Of a stretch of DNA of 64,000 nucleotides, positions 9,848 to 19,668 are shown one piece after another. The stretch lies in NCBI GenBank assembly GCA_049515895.1, contig JBEKTQ010000001.1, positions 96,001-160,000 of the forward strand, given 5' to 3'. A model generated the notes under the pieces. That model was not told where the DNA came from. It searched no databases and was given only the letters and a program-made list of their open reading frames with translations. This DNA is from Candidatus Bathyarchaeia archaeon. GTDB lineage: Archaea; Thermoproteota; Bathyarchaeia; Bathyarchaeales; Bathycorpusculaceae. Each line of letters begins with the position of its first letter. The first letter of the stretch is position 1. The position numbers and the translations under genes were made by a program.

Positions 9848-11077
9848 TTGGCTATGTGGCGGTTGGGGTTCTTCTTCCATGACATTGCCTTCGGATTGCT
9901 AACCGTCTTTATACCACTGTATGTGGTAGCGTTCAAGAACACCAGTATCTTAGGCGGGCCACTGCTTGCTCTTGGCGTCATGACTTCAATAGCGATTTTC
10001 TGCTCGATTCCCGCCTCGTTTCTCTGGGGGTACCTCTGCGACGCTACCCGTCACTACAAAATCTTCATTCTCCTCGCTTTTGCTTCGATAGCCACGATTC
10101 TTTTCCTCATGACGCTTCCCTTCGCTCAGAACCTAATCGTCTTTGTCGTCTTGTACGTGGTCATGCAGATGCTTCATGTGGCGCATGAATCGCCTAAAAA
10201 CGTGCTCGTCACCGAGCATTACAGCCGCAATGATTGGGAAAGAACATTCGGGATTTATGAGGGCATCACGGAAATGGGAACCATTGTCGGTTTAGCAATC
10301 GGGATATTTTTGTTTGCGTCTGCTCTTAGCTCTTCGTTGTTGTCGACCTACACGCTTTATCTTTGCAGTGGCTTAAGCGTGGTGGCTTTGATTCTGGCGG
10401 TGCTGTTGGTCGCTGACCCGTTGCTCATTTTTGAGCGGCGGCTGGTTGGTATTGAGAGAAAAATGGATTATGCTAATCGTGGTTTGGAGGGTTCATCGAA
10501 GCTTATGGATGGACTTCCCTGGAAGGGGTCGCTTAAAGAGGAAAGTTTCGCTGGGTTCGCCACAGCAATAGTTTTGTTTGCTCTTGCAACCAGTCTCTTT
10601 TTCACGCCTCTGCCCATCTTTCTTAGGCAGGGTTTACATTTGTCTACAAGTTGGGTTTATGTTGCGTATATTTTAAACTCTGTTGGCGGGACAACAGGTT
10701 ACTTCCTCATCGGTCGCCGGGCGCAGTCAATGGACATAAGAAAGCAAATGCCGCGTTTTGTGCTTCTACGCAGCATACTTATTTTTGCGCTTGTCGGCGT
10801 TATAGTGCTTGCTTTCGAGCCTACAATCATGACGGGTATCCTGCTGATTTTCATCGGTTTCGCTTACGCCATTTTCTACATAATGATGCTTTCCCTCTCC
10901 ATGGAGGTTATACCTCAGGGAAAAGCTGGGCTTTTCGACGGTATGGTCGGTTTAGGATCAGCATTTGGTGCTTTCCTTGGGCCATTTCTTGCATACAATC
11001 TGCATTATACGGCAACGTTCGTCACTGCAGCTCTCGTTTTCTTAGTCGCCTTCCTTGCCTTGAAACTGTTACGATAA
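9848..11077 (+). CDS. MFS transporter
   Basis: about 12 hydrophobic segments; WGYLCDATRHYK resembles MFS motif A. Confidence 0.85.
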   Translation: MAMWRLGFFFHDIAFGLLTVFIPLYVVAFKNTSILGGPLLALGVMTSIAIFCSIPASFLWGYLCDATRHYKIFILLAFASIATILFLMTLPFAQNLIVFVVLYVVMQMLHVAHESPKNVLVTEHYSRNDWERTFGIYEGITEMGTIVGLAIGIFLFASALSSSLLSTYTLYLCSGLSVVALILAVLLVADPLLIFERRLVGIERKMDYANRGLEGSSKLMDGLPWKGSLKEESFAGFATAIVLFALATSLFFTPLPIFLRQGLHLSTSWVYVAYILNSVGGTTGYFLIGRRAQSMDIRKQMPRFVLLRSILIFALVGVIVLAFEPTIMTGILLIFIGFAYAIFYIMMLSLSMEVIPQGKAGLFDGMVGLGSAFGAFLGPFLAYNLHYTATFVTAALVFLVAFLALKLLR

Positions 11078-11340
11078 CATATCAAGTTACTCGCCATTTT
11101 TATGATGGGCTTTATCTAAAAAGGTAGGGACCTCTGTAAATCGTTCTTCACAGCCTGCTTCCCTCGGGCTGCCAGACAATTAAAAAAGGTGCTTCAATAG
11201 AATAAAATTAGATTTCCTGTTTTCGACAAATCTGTTCGGTTCGGTTTTTTGCTTGTTGTAGATAATTTGGGAAAACGTGGTTGCGAGGCTGATTAGGTGA
11301 AAACACGAGAAAGAAAGAAAAAAAGATTTTAGGTTTTGGT

Positions 11341-12783
11341 TTATTCTGTGTGGACTCTGTAAAGGTCGATGTCTTCACGCATTGCTGGTGTTAGTTCAAG
11401 GAAATCTCTTACTGCCCGCACGATGTCTCTGCTCTGAGTGACGTATCTGCCGACGATTAGGATGTCTGCGTCCTGTTCTAAGGCTTCCTTAGCTGTTTCC
11501 GGCACGATTCCGCCTGCAACTGCAATGAGGAGTTTCTTGTTAGGGAAAGCTTGGCGTATCATTTTTATGCGTTCGAGTCCGCAGGTTCTGCCGCTTTCTT
11601 GGTCGATGCCTCTGTGAAGGATGACAATATCCGGTAAGTCCTTAAGCGATTTCAGCTTTCCGAGAACGTCTTCCACGTTTAGCATGTCGATGACCGCGTA
11701 GATTCCCATGCGTCTGGCTTCTGAAACGGTTGCGTCAAGGGTCTCTGGGGGTGCTAAGCCCGCTGCGACAACTGCGTCTGCCGTGTCTTCGTATGCGATG
11801 TCCACTTCAACCTTGCCTACATCAAGCGTTTTGAGGTCTGCAATTATAAATTTGTCTTTGGCTGCTTGCCGTAGCTCGCTGATCACTTTTGTGCCGTAGC
11901 GTTTGATCAGTGGGGTTCCGGCTTCAATGATGATTCTGTCGCTTCCCGGAAGTTGTTCAAGAACCTTCTTTGCCGCTTCAAGTGAGGGCGCGTCAAGTGC
12001 AATTTGTAGGTATGGTGGTCTCCACAGGCGTGGCACTTTGAAGCCCATTATCGGGTGCTTTGAACGGTCTTTTTCGTAGATGATCTTTTCGTACGACGGA
12101 TACTTCTTCAGTGCCCTCTGAAGCGCCATTTTCGTTGCGCCGTAATTGTACTGATAAATCCTTCTATAGTCGGCTGCTTGGGGATGAATAAAGACGCTGC
12201 AGATTATGACCCAATCGTCAAGATGCTCGCGGGGGATGATTCCCTCTTCAGTTGAATCCGCGATGGCTTTGGCAACCGCCGCTTGCGCGGGACCAAAAAT
12301 TTTTCCCGTGTCCTCCATGTTCTTCACGGTTACTTTGGGCACTATTAGCGTGTGGGGTTTAGGCGGCAAATTTGGCCTAATAACTGCCAGGAGTGGCGTG
12401 TGACCTGCGGAAAGGTTTGTCATCCCATTAGCGAATGCTTGGCCTACCGGGCCGTCCTTGTCGCCGATCATCAAGTCAATGTGCGCAACTTCGTTTCCTT
12501 CCCCGACCAGAGATTCGCCGATTAAGTAAGTACTTTCAGAATCTTCACCCGAGGCATCTGCAATGCCTGTCGGTATGCGGTCAACAATTTCCTTAAAATC
12601 GACATTAAACTCCTTTAACCAACTATAAAGTGTGTCTCTATGAATGTCCATCTCCTTAGCCGTTCCGACTATTGTCGGTTTTGTCGGCTTATTCTTTAGA
12701 TCAACCTCATTCTTTGCTGCTTCCGTCAACACTTTAACAAATTCTTCCCTAGTTTCTGGCTTTTTAGCATCTGTTCCCGACAT
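11341..12783 (-). CDS. fae-hps: bifunctional formaldehyde-activating enzyme / 3-hexulose-6-phosphate synthase with an extra N-terminal HTH-like domain
   Basis: Fae: [44 protein letters not shown]; Hps: [31 protein letters not shown]; about 85 extra N-terminal residues. Confidence 0.93.
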   Translation of the reverse strand: MSGTDAKKPETREEFVKVLTEAAKNEVDLKNKPTKPTIVGTAKEMDIHRDTLYSWLKEFNVDFKEIVDRIPTGIADASGEDSESTYLIGESLVGEGNEVAHIDLMIGDKDGPVGQAFANGMTNLSAGHTPLLAVIRPNLPPKPHTLIVPKVTVKNMEDTGKIFGPAQAAVAKAIADSTEEGIIPREHLDDWVIICSVFIHPQAADYRRIYQYNYGATKMALQRALKKYPSYEKIIYEKDRSKHPIMGFKVPRLWRPPYLQIALDAPSLEAAKKVLEQLPGSDRIIIEAGTPLIKRYGTKVISELRQAAKDKFIIADLKTLDVGKVEVDIAYEDTADAVVAAGLAPPETLDATVSEARRMGIYAVIDMLNVEDVLGKLKSLKDLPDIVILHRGIDQESGRTCGLERIKMIRQAFPNKKLLIAVAGGIVPETAKEALEQDADILIVGRYVTQSRDIVRAVRDFLELTPAMREDIDLYRVHTE

Positions 12784-12820
12784 TTAATTTACCCTCAGGG
12801 CTCTCCTGTGTGCTATCTCG

Positions 12821-12896
12821 TATATAAAAATGTCGGATGCTTAGAAAAGTATTCGAGGTCGTCGGGGTAGTTTTGGCGTTTTGTTGTCGCTTAGAA
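12821..12896 (-). promoter_or_regulatory. TATA box of fae-hps with adjacent repeated TGTCG...GCTTAGAA elements
   Basis: TTTTTATATA on the minus strand (12821-12830); TGTCG at 12831 and 12885; GCTTAGAA at 12839 and 12889. Confidence 0.5.
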
Positions 12897-13001
12897 TTTT
12901 GCTCTATCAGGGGGAGACGCACGTTTTTCTTCAGTGAAAAGATATAGCGCTAAATCTATATACCTTGGAGTTTTAGTTGTTGCATCCTATGAGGCAATCT
13001 G

Positions 13002-13205
13002 ATGTCTTGGACTGACTATGCGTGTTTAGGCGTATTCATATTTGGCTTTCTGCTGTTCATACTTGGAGCCAATATCTATAACGCTGTCATCGGTTACGCT
13101 GGTCTTTATCTTTCGATCGGCGCAATCATAGCTTACCTTGTCATATACATATACAAGGAATTCACTAAACAGCCTCCTACCCCTCCGACATCCCCGACCT
13201 CTTAA
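13002..13205 (+). CDS. small two-TM membrane protein
   Basis: 67 aa with two hydrophobic helices, GAGG upstream, Pro-rich tail. Confidence 0.7.
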   Translation: MSWTDYACLGVFIFGFLLFILGANIYNAVIGYAGLYLSIGAIIAYLVIYIYKEFTKQPPTPPTSPTS

Positions 13206-14728
13206 AAACCATAAATTGCGCCGTATTTCTCGTTCAAATACTTTGTAAAAGCCTCAGGATTTAAGCTTCTTCCGGTCGCTTTCTCAATTAGTTCTTCGGG
13301 CTCGTAGAGATTGCTTTGGCTGTGTATGTGTTTTTTCAGCCAGTCGTTAGGCTGGTTTAGCTTCCCAGTAACGAGTTGTTTTCGCCAATCAGGTATGTCT
13401 TTGGTGATTGCGGCTAATATTTGTCCGCTGTAAATGTTGCCAAGGGCGTAGCTTGGGAAATAACCGTACAGACCGCTTGCCCAATGGGTATCCTGCATTA
13501 CTCCCTCAGAATCATCCTGAACTTTAACCCCTAGATAATCAGCATATTTCTGGTTCCAAACTTCTGGAAGCTCGTTGACCGTGATTTTGCCGGCAAAAAG
13601 ATCTCTTTCAATTTCGAAGCGGACAATAATATGTAGGTTGTACGTTACCTCGTCGGCTTCAATGCGTATTTTCGACAACTGCACCCTGTTAATAGCCTTT
13701 ACAAACTTGTCTAATTCAAGGGTTGCAAGGCTGGGAGCTGTTTTTTTGAGGTTAGGCATTAAGCCTGTCCAGAATTCTTTTGAGCGGCCAACTACATTTT
13801 CGTAGAAGCGTGATTGTGATTCGTGTATGCCAAAGGAGCAGGGGGCGCCAATTGGCTGGTACTTCCATTTCGGGTTAAGGTTCTGCTCGTACCGCGCATG
13901 CCCACTTTCGTGAAGAACAGAAAAGATTGAGCTTGCAAAATTGTTCAGGTAGTAATGCGTAGTTATGCGAACGTCATCGTAGTAGCCTTCGGTAAAGGGA
14001 TGTTCTGTTTCATCAATTCTTCCGCGAGCCTCAGGCGAAAAGGTATCGTATCCTAAGGTTTGAGTTAAAAGCTGCGCGATTTTTCGTTGATTTTCGATTG
14101 GAACGGACTGGCAAAGTATCGTTGCGTCAGGCTTGCTTTTGCTGGACTGAATCTTACCCAAAAGCTGTTTTAAGCCGCCTTGAAGCTGGTTAAATGTTGA
14201 AGTAATCGCGTTCGCAGTCATTTTAGGTTCAAAATTGTCGATTAAAGCTTCGTACGGCGTTTTAGTTTCTTTCACTTTCATGAGGATTTCTGCCGCTTCC
14301 GTGCTCAAGTCCAGGAGCTTTTGCAAATTAGGCTTGAAAATGCTGAAGTCTTTTCGGGCTTTAGCTTTTTTCCAGACGTTCACCGTTATTGCTTCTTGCT
14401 TGGCAATTTCAGCCACCAATTTTTCTGGCAGGCTTGTTTGTTCTCTGTAGCTTTTGTTGATGAGGTAGATGTTTCGTTTTTCAGCTTGGCTCATCGATCC
14501 AAATTCGGGGCTTGCTTGTATGGAGGCTAATAGGTTCCCGATTTTCGGGTCGGTGCTCATCTGATGATGAATACGGGTTAACAGGGACAACTGATTGCTT
14601 CTTTGCTCAACTGCACCGGGCGGCATCATGGTTTCCATGTCCCAGTGGATTATACCCTCAGCGGTTACAAGGACTGTAATGTCCTCAATTTTTGATAACA
14701 ATTCTTTATAGTCACCAGAGATGTCCAT
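13202..14728 (-). CDS. carboxypeptidase, family M32
   Basis: HPFT, DVRITT, HESGHARYEQ (HEXXH), HESQS, IRIEADE, GVMQDTHW, GYFPSYALG. Confidence 0.96.
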   Translation of the reverse strand: MDISGDYKELLSKIEDITVLVTAEGIIHWDMETMMPPGAVEQRSNQLSLLTRIHHQMSTDPKIGNLLASIQASPEFGSMSQAEKRNIYLINKSYREQTSLPEKLVAEIAKQEAITVNVWKKAKARKDFSIFKPNLQKLLDLSTEAAEILMKVKETKTPYEALIDNFEPKMTANAITSTFNQLQGGLKQLLGKIQSSKSKPDATILCQSVPIENQRKIAQLLTQTLGYDTFSPEARGRIDETEHPFTEGYYDDVRITTHYYLNNFASSIFSVLHESGHARYEQNLNPKWKYQPIGAPCSFGIHESQSRFYENVVGRSKEFWTGLMPNLKKTAPSLATLELDKFVKAINRVQLSKIRIEADEVTYNLHIIVRFEIERDLFAGKITVNELPEVWNQKYADYLGVKVQDDSEGVMQDTHWASGLYGYFPSYALGNIYSGQILAAITKDIPDWRKQLVTGKLNQPNDWLKKHIHSQSNLYEPEELIEKATGRSLNPEAFTKYLNEKYGAIYGF

Positions 14729-14852
14729 TTCAAGTCACTTCTGATTTCATAGTGGAATTCGGTGTATTTATTTTTCCCTCAGTCAGGCTAACGCTTATTT
14801 GGTTGAAATGGTTCTAAGGTATTCTTAATCAATTTATTGAAGGAAAATTCAA

Positions 14853-15530
14853 ATGAGTAGTACAGAATCGAGTAAGACATTAGCTGGTCTTGGTTCCCTA
14901 TTGCTGATACTCAGCCCTATTCCATACGCAGGCGCAGTGTTAGGCATAATCGGTGCAATTCTGCTGTTAATCGGCATAAAGGGGCTCTCAAGTTACTACC
15001 AAGACAACGCAATCTACGAAAACGCGTTGATGGGCATTATCTTCCTAATAATCGCCGTGATCGCAGTCGCAGTAGCCGCTGCAGCATTGGCAATCGGTTT
15101 TACATCTATAATTGGCTTAGGCATAGGCATTTTGGCATTTATAGCGGGCTTAGTTATCGCTTTCGTATTCTATTTAGTAGCAGCTTTGCGCTTGAGAAAA
15201 ACTTTTGATGCACTTGCGCAGAAATCAGGAGAACAGTCGTTTACCACCGCTGGTACTTTACTTTGGTGGGGCGCCATACTGACAATAGTTGTTGTAGGCT
15301 TACTGCTGATATTTCTCGCGTGGATATTTGCCACAGTAGGTTTCTTTTCTATGAGGCTTCAACCGCAGCAGCAACCTTATGGTTCTCAACCATATAGTTC
15401 ACCTCCGCCCTCAATGCCGCCAGTAACACAGCCAACACAAGCGGCGCGTTATTGCTCTAACTGTGGAGCACCTGTAGCGATTGATGCGACTTTTTGTTCT
15501 CACTGTGGAAAACAGTTGACGCCAGCTTGA
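14853..15530 (+). CDS. DUF996-like membrane protein with C-terminal zinc ribbon
   Basis: multiple TM helices, GAILTIVVVG motif, Pro/Gln linker, YCSNCG...FCSHCG. Confidence 0.8.
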   Translation: MSSTESSKTLAGLGSLLLILSPIPYAGAVLGIIGAILLLIGIKGLSSYYQDNAIYENALMGIIFLIIAVIAVAVAAAALAIGFTSIIGLGIGILAFIAGLVIAFVFYLVAALRLRKTFDALAQKSGEQSFTTAGTLLWWGAILTIVVVGLLLIFLAWIFATVGFFSMRLQPQQQPYGSQPYSSPPPSMPPVTQPTQAARYCSNCGAPVAIDATFCSHCGKQLTPA

Positions 15531-15536
15531 ATCTCA

Positions 15537-15560
15537 CTTTTTTGTTTTTTCTTTTGTTTA
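15537..15560 (+). terminator. oligo-T archaeal terminator
   Basis: T-rich tract immediately after the stop at 15530. Confidence 0.5.
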
Positions 15561-15760
15561 ACAAGCCACTTTTGAGCTCATTATTCAACGAGATGCCCAG
15601 TGTGGAGACCTGTGTGGGTTTTTTCGGGGGCAGTGGCGCTCATTGTACTGGTGCCGCATGAGAAAGTTTGAAGCTGAGGGTTTGAACTACTAAATGAAAA
15701 TTTTGTGAATTAATTATGCATACTTTTTGAAGAGCCAAAAGGGCAAAGAAAAGACTCAGA

Positions 15761-15835
15761 TGCTCCGGCCGGGATTTGGACCCGGGTCGCCGACTCGAAA
15801 GGCCGGCATACTTGACCGGACTATACTACCGGAGC
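15761..15835 (-). tRNA. tRNA-Glu(TTC), intronless, CCA not encoded
   Basis: GCTCCGG acceptor stem pairs with CCGGAGC; anticodon arm CCGGC-CTTTCGA-GTCGG; T-arm CCGGG-TCCAAAT-CCCGG. Confidence 0.93.
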
Positions 15836-15904
15836 GCTTTTGCAAGAAGCATCAAGCAGAATGCTTTTTCCCTCGAATAAACCTTACCCTTCCATAACTT
15901 GCCT

Positions 15905-16417
15905 TCAGGCGGCTGGGGCTTTTTTGTTTCCAGTCTTTGGCTTAAATAAAAATCCAATTATTTGATCGACAAGTTTAGCCTGAACTTTAACTGTTTTTTC
16001 GAGTTCTTGGATTCTTTTTTCCAGGTCGTTTGAGATGATTTTCCCTTCGATCCTGTTTGCTGAGCGGAACATCAGCAGCATCTTGAAAACTTCAGCTATG
16101 GCTTTTTCCTGCTCTTCAGCGGATGCTGGTTTTATCCCGGCGATGATGGATAGCTGTTCGACGTAGTGTTCTTTGATTTTGAGTTCTGCGTTCACCGAAG
16201 GATCGGTTGGAAACGCGATGCTCAGCGGGGTCTGCTTGGATAGCTCCGCTGCTGTCGGGAAACGGATTATTATGTCTCCTCTTATCCATGAAGAAACGAA
16301 TTCGGTGACGTAACGTCTAATGTCGTCTTGGCTAAAAAGCAGCGGAGATTCAATTTTCGGTTCAGGTTTCCTTTTAATCCTCACGCTGATGACTTTCTTG
16401 TCTGGGCTACTTGACAA
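15905..16417 (-). CDS. hypothetical protein with C-terminal coiled coil
   Basis: 170-aa ORF with GAGGAAGG upstream of TTG; co-oriented downstream of the HD gene. Confidence 0.7.
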   Translation of the reverse strand: MSSSPDKKVISVRIKRKPEPKIESPLLFSQDDIRRYVTEFVSSWIRGDIIIRFPTAAELSKQTPLSIAFPTDPSVNAELKIKEHYVEQLSIIAGIKPASAEEQEKAIAEVFKMLLMFRSANRIEGKIISNDLEKRIQELEKTVKVQAKLVDQIIGFLFKPKTGNKKAPAA

Positions 16418-16490
16418 CGCTCAATCCTTCCTCAAACGCCGAGTTTCTCTGCTTTCCTTCTTAGCATCAACTAGTATTTAAGAAAAGATG

Positions 16491-17777
16491 CTAAAACGAT
16501 ATCTTCGCAGACGATGGAATTTTGCCTAAGATTTTAGCTGTTGCCTTCTCCACCTTATCGCGGTCATCTGCGTTAGTGTAGACCCGAAGAATGTTCATGA
16601 ATCCCTTAAGTGTTTCAAAAATCTTCGACATTTCGCTTAGCCGCTGCAGGGTTTTTTCGCCAGTTTGGTTTTTGGTGAAAACTGGAATTTCCATAGATTC
16701 CATTAGCACTGCGTGGTGGTAAGGGACAGATGGAACCGTGGGGACGTCTATTATGACTGATTCGATGTTGACTCCTGCTTCTTTGGCGATTTCGCTTTGC
16801 ATTTGTCTGCGGTAGGATTCTCTGCCGAAAATGTTGGATATCATTGTGTCTTTCTCATAGAATGTTCGTTCGTATGCGCATTTTAGCATTTTTCGCCTTT
16901 CAAGGTTGCCGATTATTTCTTTAGATGCCGCACATTTCTTGAGTGATGCCCAAACCGTGTAGTCATCCAGTGCCATATAGTCTTCGGGCGTCTTAAACGC
17001 GGTCAACCCCAATTCGCTGTTGGCTTTCTCCATGGCGGTCGCCAGCATAATCTGAGCTGCTCTGCCGACACGGTGGAAATAGATGCTCTTGAACGATTCA
17101 ATGCGGGCTATCATGAAGGCTTCCAGCGCTGAGAGGGCGCCAAGTTCCACAGCTAAGTTTTCGCCTAAAACGTCAAGAGCATGGATGAGGCGGTAAACGT
17201 CGATGAAGCCGTACTCTGCGCCCGTGTGGTAAGTGTCTCTAACGATAAAGTCTTCTTTGTCAACATCTACGGCGCTGCTTATTATTTGGTCCAAGAACGC
17301 TTTGCCCTGTTTGTGAAGTTTCCCGACGGCGAGCTTAGCTGCCTCTTTTGGCTTGTAACCCATCTTTGACAGTTTGTCGCCGATCTCGCTTTTTTCAACA
17401 ATCCACGAAGTGATGTCCTCATGCGTTTTCTCCAAATCTTTAATCAACAGTTGCTCAAACACATGCGAAAAGGGGCCATGTCCTGCGTCATGAAGCAGTG
17501 CAGAAATCCTGCACATATCAATTTCTTCGTCGCTCAGAAGGTTTGAAATGTTGGGGTTCTCCAAAACCTTGCCTGCCAAAAACATGACGCCAACACAGTG
17601 TTCAAAGCGTGTGTGGTTTGCACCCGGATAAACGAATTCTGACCCAGCCAGTTGACGCAGACGTCTTAAGCGCTGCATCGGGTAAGAATCGATAACGGTT
17701 TTTTCCTCTTCAGAAATGTACACATACCCATGCACGGGATCCTTTATTTCTCCCCAGTAAGCTTTAAGCACAAGCAA
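16491..17777 (-). CDS. HD-domain phosphohydrolase (SAMHD1/YwfO-like dNTP triphosphohydrolase family)
   Basis: DPVHGY, QRLRRLRQL, HTRFEHCVG, LLHDAGHGPFSH, DVDKEDFIVRD. Confidence 0.92.
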   Translation of the reverse strand: MLVLKAYWGEIKDPVHGYVYISEEEKTVIDSYPMQRLRRLRQLAGSEFVYPGANHTRFEHCVGVMFLAGKVLENPNISNLLSDEEIDMCRISALLHDAGHGPFSHVFEQLLIKDLEKTHEDITSWIVEKSEIGDKLSKMGYKPKEAAKLAVGKLHKQGKAFLDQIISSAVDVDKEDFIVRDTYHTGAEYGFIDVYRLIHALDVLGENLAVELGALSALEAFMIARIESFKSIYFHRVGRAAQIMLATAMEKANSELGLTAFKTPEDYMALDDYTVWASLKKCAASKEIIGNLERRKMLKCAYERTFYEKDTMISNIFGRESYRRQMQSEIAKEAGVNIESVIIDVPTVPSVPYHHAVLMESMEIPVFTKNQTGEKTLQRLSEMSKIFETLKGFMNILRVYTNADDRDKVEKATAKILGKIPSSAKISF

Positions 17778-17846
17778 TCCTCCAACTGCAAGTTATATTT
17801 ATTTGTCTCCCTATAATGTTAACGCTGACTAGCTGGAAGCAAAAAA

Positions 17847-18443
17847 ATGAGTGGGAAAGGCGTGTTCATCTGTGTTGAGGGCTTGGACGGAAGCGGGAAA
17901 ACTACACAAGCGCAAATACTAACTGACAGGCTGAACAAAAGCTGCCGCGCATTCTACACGGCTGAGCCAAGTTGCGGCAGAACGGGAGCTTTTATACGTG
18001 AAGGTTGCCTCTACGGAGAAAAGCGTTTGCCAGTGGCAGCTGAAGCTTTGTTGTTTGCCGCCGACCGAATAGATCACGTTGAAAACGAGATTAAACCGGC
18101 GTTAGAGGAGGGCAAAGTGGTAATTTGCGATCGATATCTTTACTCGTCTTACGCATACCAGGGCGGTGCTGGACTGAATTTGGGTTGGATTAAAAGAATT
18201 AATTCTTATGCGCTAAAGCCTGATTACGCTATTTTTGTCGATGTGCCGCCTGAAAGGGTGCTGGAACGTTTGCGAAGAAAAAAGTCTGTGATGGAAACGT
18301 TGGAGATTCAGCGGGGCGTTCGAGAAGTTTACTTGAGTTTTGTGAAGAAGGGCGAGCTTATTTCGATTGACGGCGACAGGACAAAAGATGAAGTGGCAAA
18401 TGATTTGTTTTCTAAAGTTCAAAGTTTCCTAGCAACCCGATAA
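17847..18443 (+). CDS. tmk: thymidylate kinase
   Basis: EGLDGSGKTTQ P-loop, LLFAADR, ICDRYLYSSYAYQ. Confidence 0.96.
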   Translation: MSGKGVFICVEGLDGSGKTTQAQILTDRLNKSCRAFYTAEPSCGRTGAFIREGCLYGEKRLPVAAEALLFAADRIDHVENEIKPALEEGKVVICDRYLYSSYAYQGGAGLNLGWIKRINSYALKPDYAIFVDVPPERVLERLRRKKSVMETLEIQRGVREVYLSFVKKGELISIDGDRTKDEVANDLFSKVQSFLATR

Positions 18444-18567
18444 AGCCCATTTTTTGAATTATACTACTTGAAAGATCTGCGAGCTCGAGATAAGAAAAAG
18501 AAACCTCTTCGGTGTAAAATGAAAGGTATTTCAAGAAACCGTTAGAAAATGCGAAGAAACTTTGGAT

Positions 18568-19668
18568 TTAGTCTTCTCGCCATTTGAAGAGTCTAACCGC
18601 AGCCAAGAATATGACAACCGTTATGGCTGCAACAACTACCAGGTCGATTACTGCACCGAAGTAGTTTGAGTAAACCATGACGTTGTTTAAGCCTTCAATT
18701 ATGTAGAACAGTGGCAATACGTGGGCGATGGTTTGCAGGTAGGTCGGCATGATGCTGATTGGGAAGAAGGTGCCTGAGAGGAACATCATTGGAAACGTCA
18801 CTATGTTGCCTATAACGCCCGCAGTCTCGGGGTTCTTAGTTACCGTACCAACAAGCATGCCCAGCGAAGCGAAGAGTGTTGGACCGATAAGCAGGAAGGG
18901 TATGAGCCAAGGGGTCAATGCGATGTTTGCGCCGTACACCAATATCCCCACAACCACCATTAGCATGAAGCTTATGACGGTTAAAACAATGTACCAAAGT
19001 ATCTTTGAGGCCAGCCACTCGAACTTTGTCAACGGCGTCAGGGACAGCTGCTTGAACAGTTTGGTCTTCTTGTAATCCGAGGAAATGTTAACCAGGCTGA
19101 ACATGGGGCTTACAAGTATAGCGAAGCCAATCAAGCCTGGAACAAGAAAATCGATGTATTTTGTCTGATGAAGGTTGACAGTGGTCGGGGTGATGCCGAC
19201 AATGGGCACTGCATTCTGTTTGTAATAGTTGAGGTTGAAGTAGTTAATGACTCCGCTCACGGTTCCCCTTACTATGCCGCTTGTGCTTGACGTAGGGTTC
19301 CCGTAAACAGTCACGTTCACTGGGTAACCCGCCACGTAGTCAGCGGAGAAGTTTTCAGGTATAACGATGCCGTCAGACGCTGAATGCGAGGCGAGGTACT
19401 TTGAAAAGTCTTCCGAAGGATTCACCATTATTATCTTGATTGTGCTTGAGCTGTTGAGCGCAGATAAAAACTGACTAGAAACTGCGCCATTGTCTTTGTT
19501 TTGGGCATAAACGTTGATTGTACCTGAGCTGTTGCCTGAGAAAATGGCGCCGAAAATCAAAATTAGAATAACTGGGAATATCAGTCCAAAGAAAAGTCCA
19601 AATCTGTTCCTTAGGTATCCGCGACTGAAAACCTTGAAATCTGCAAATATTCTTTTTCCACTAGACAT
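18568..19668 (-). CDS. ABC-2 type exporter permease
   Basis: N-terminal TM, extracellular domain, YIDFLVPGLIG, FPMMFLSGTFFP. Confidence 0.92.
   Translation of the reverse strand: MSSGKRIFADFKVFSRGYLRNRFGLFFGLIFPVILILIFGAIFSGNSSGTINVYAQNKDNGAVSSQFLSALNSSSTIKIIMVNPSEDFSKYLASHSASDGIVIPENFSADYVAGYPVNVTVYGNPTSSTSGIVRGTVSGVINYFNLNYYKQNAVPIVGITPTTVNLHQTKYIDFLVPGLIGFAILVSPMFSLVNISSDYKKTKLFKQLSLTPLTKFEWLASKILWYIVLTVISFMLMVVVGILVYGANIALTPWLIPFLLIGPTLFASLGMLVGTVTKNPETAGVIGNIVTFPMMFLSGTFFPISIMPTYLQTIAHVLPLFYIIEGLNNVMVYSNYFGAVIDLVVVAAITVVIFLAAVRLFKWRED

Noticed and set aside
15590-15700. GC-richer stretch downstream of tRNA-Glu as an att site, ncRNA or micro-ORF
   Set aside because: No duplication of the tRNA end, no convincing structure and no RBS-led ORF
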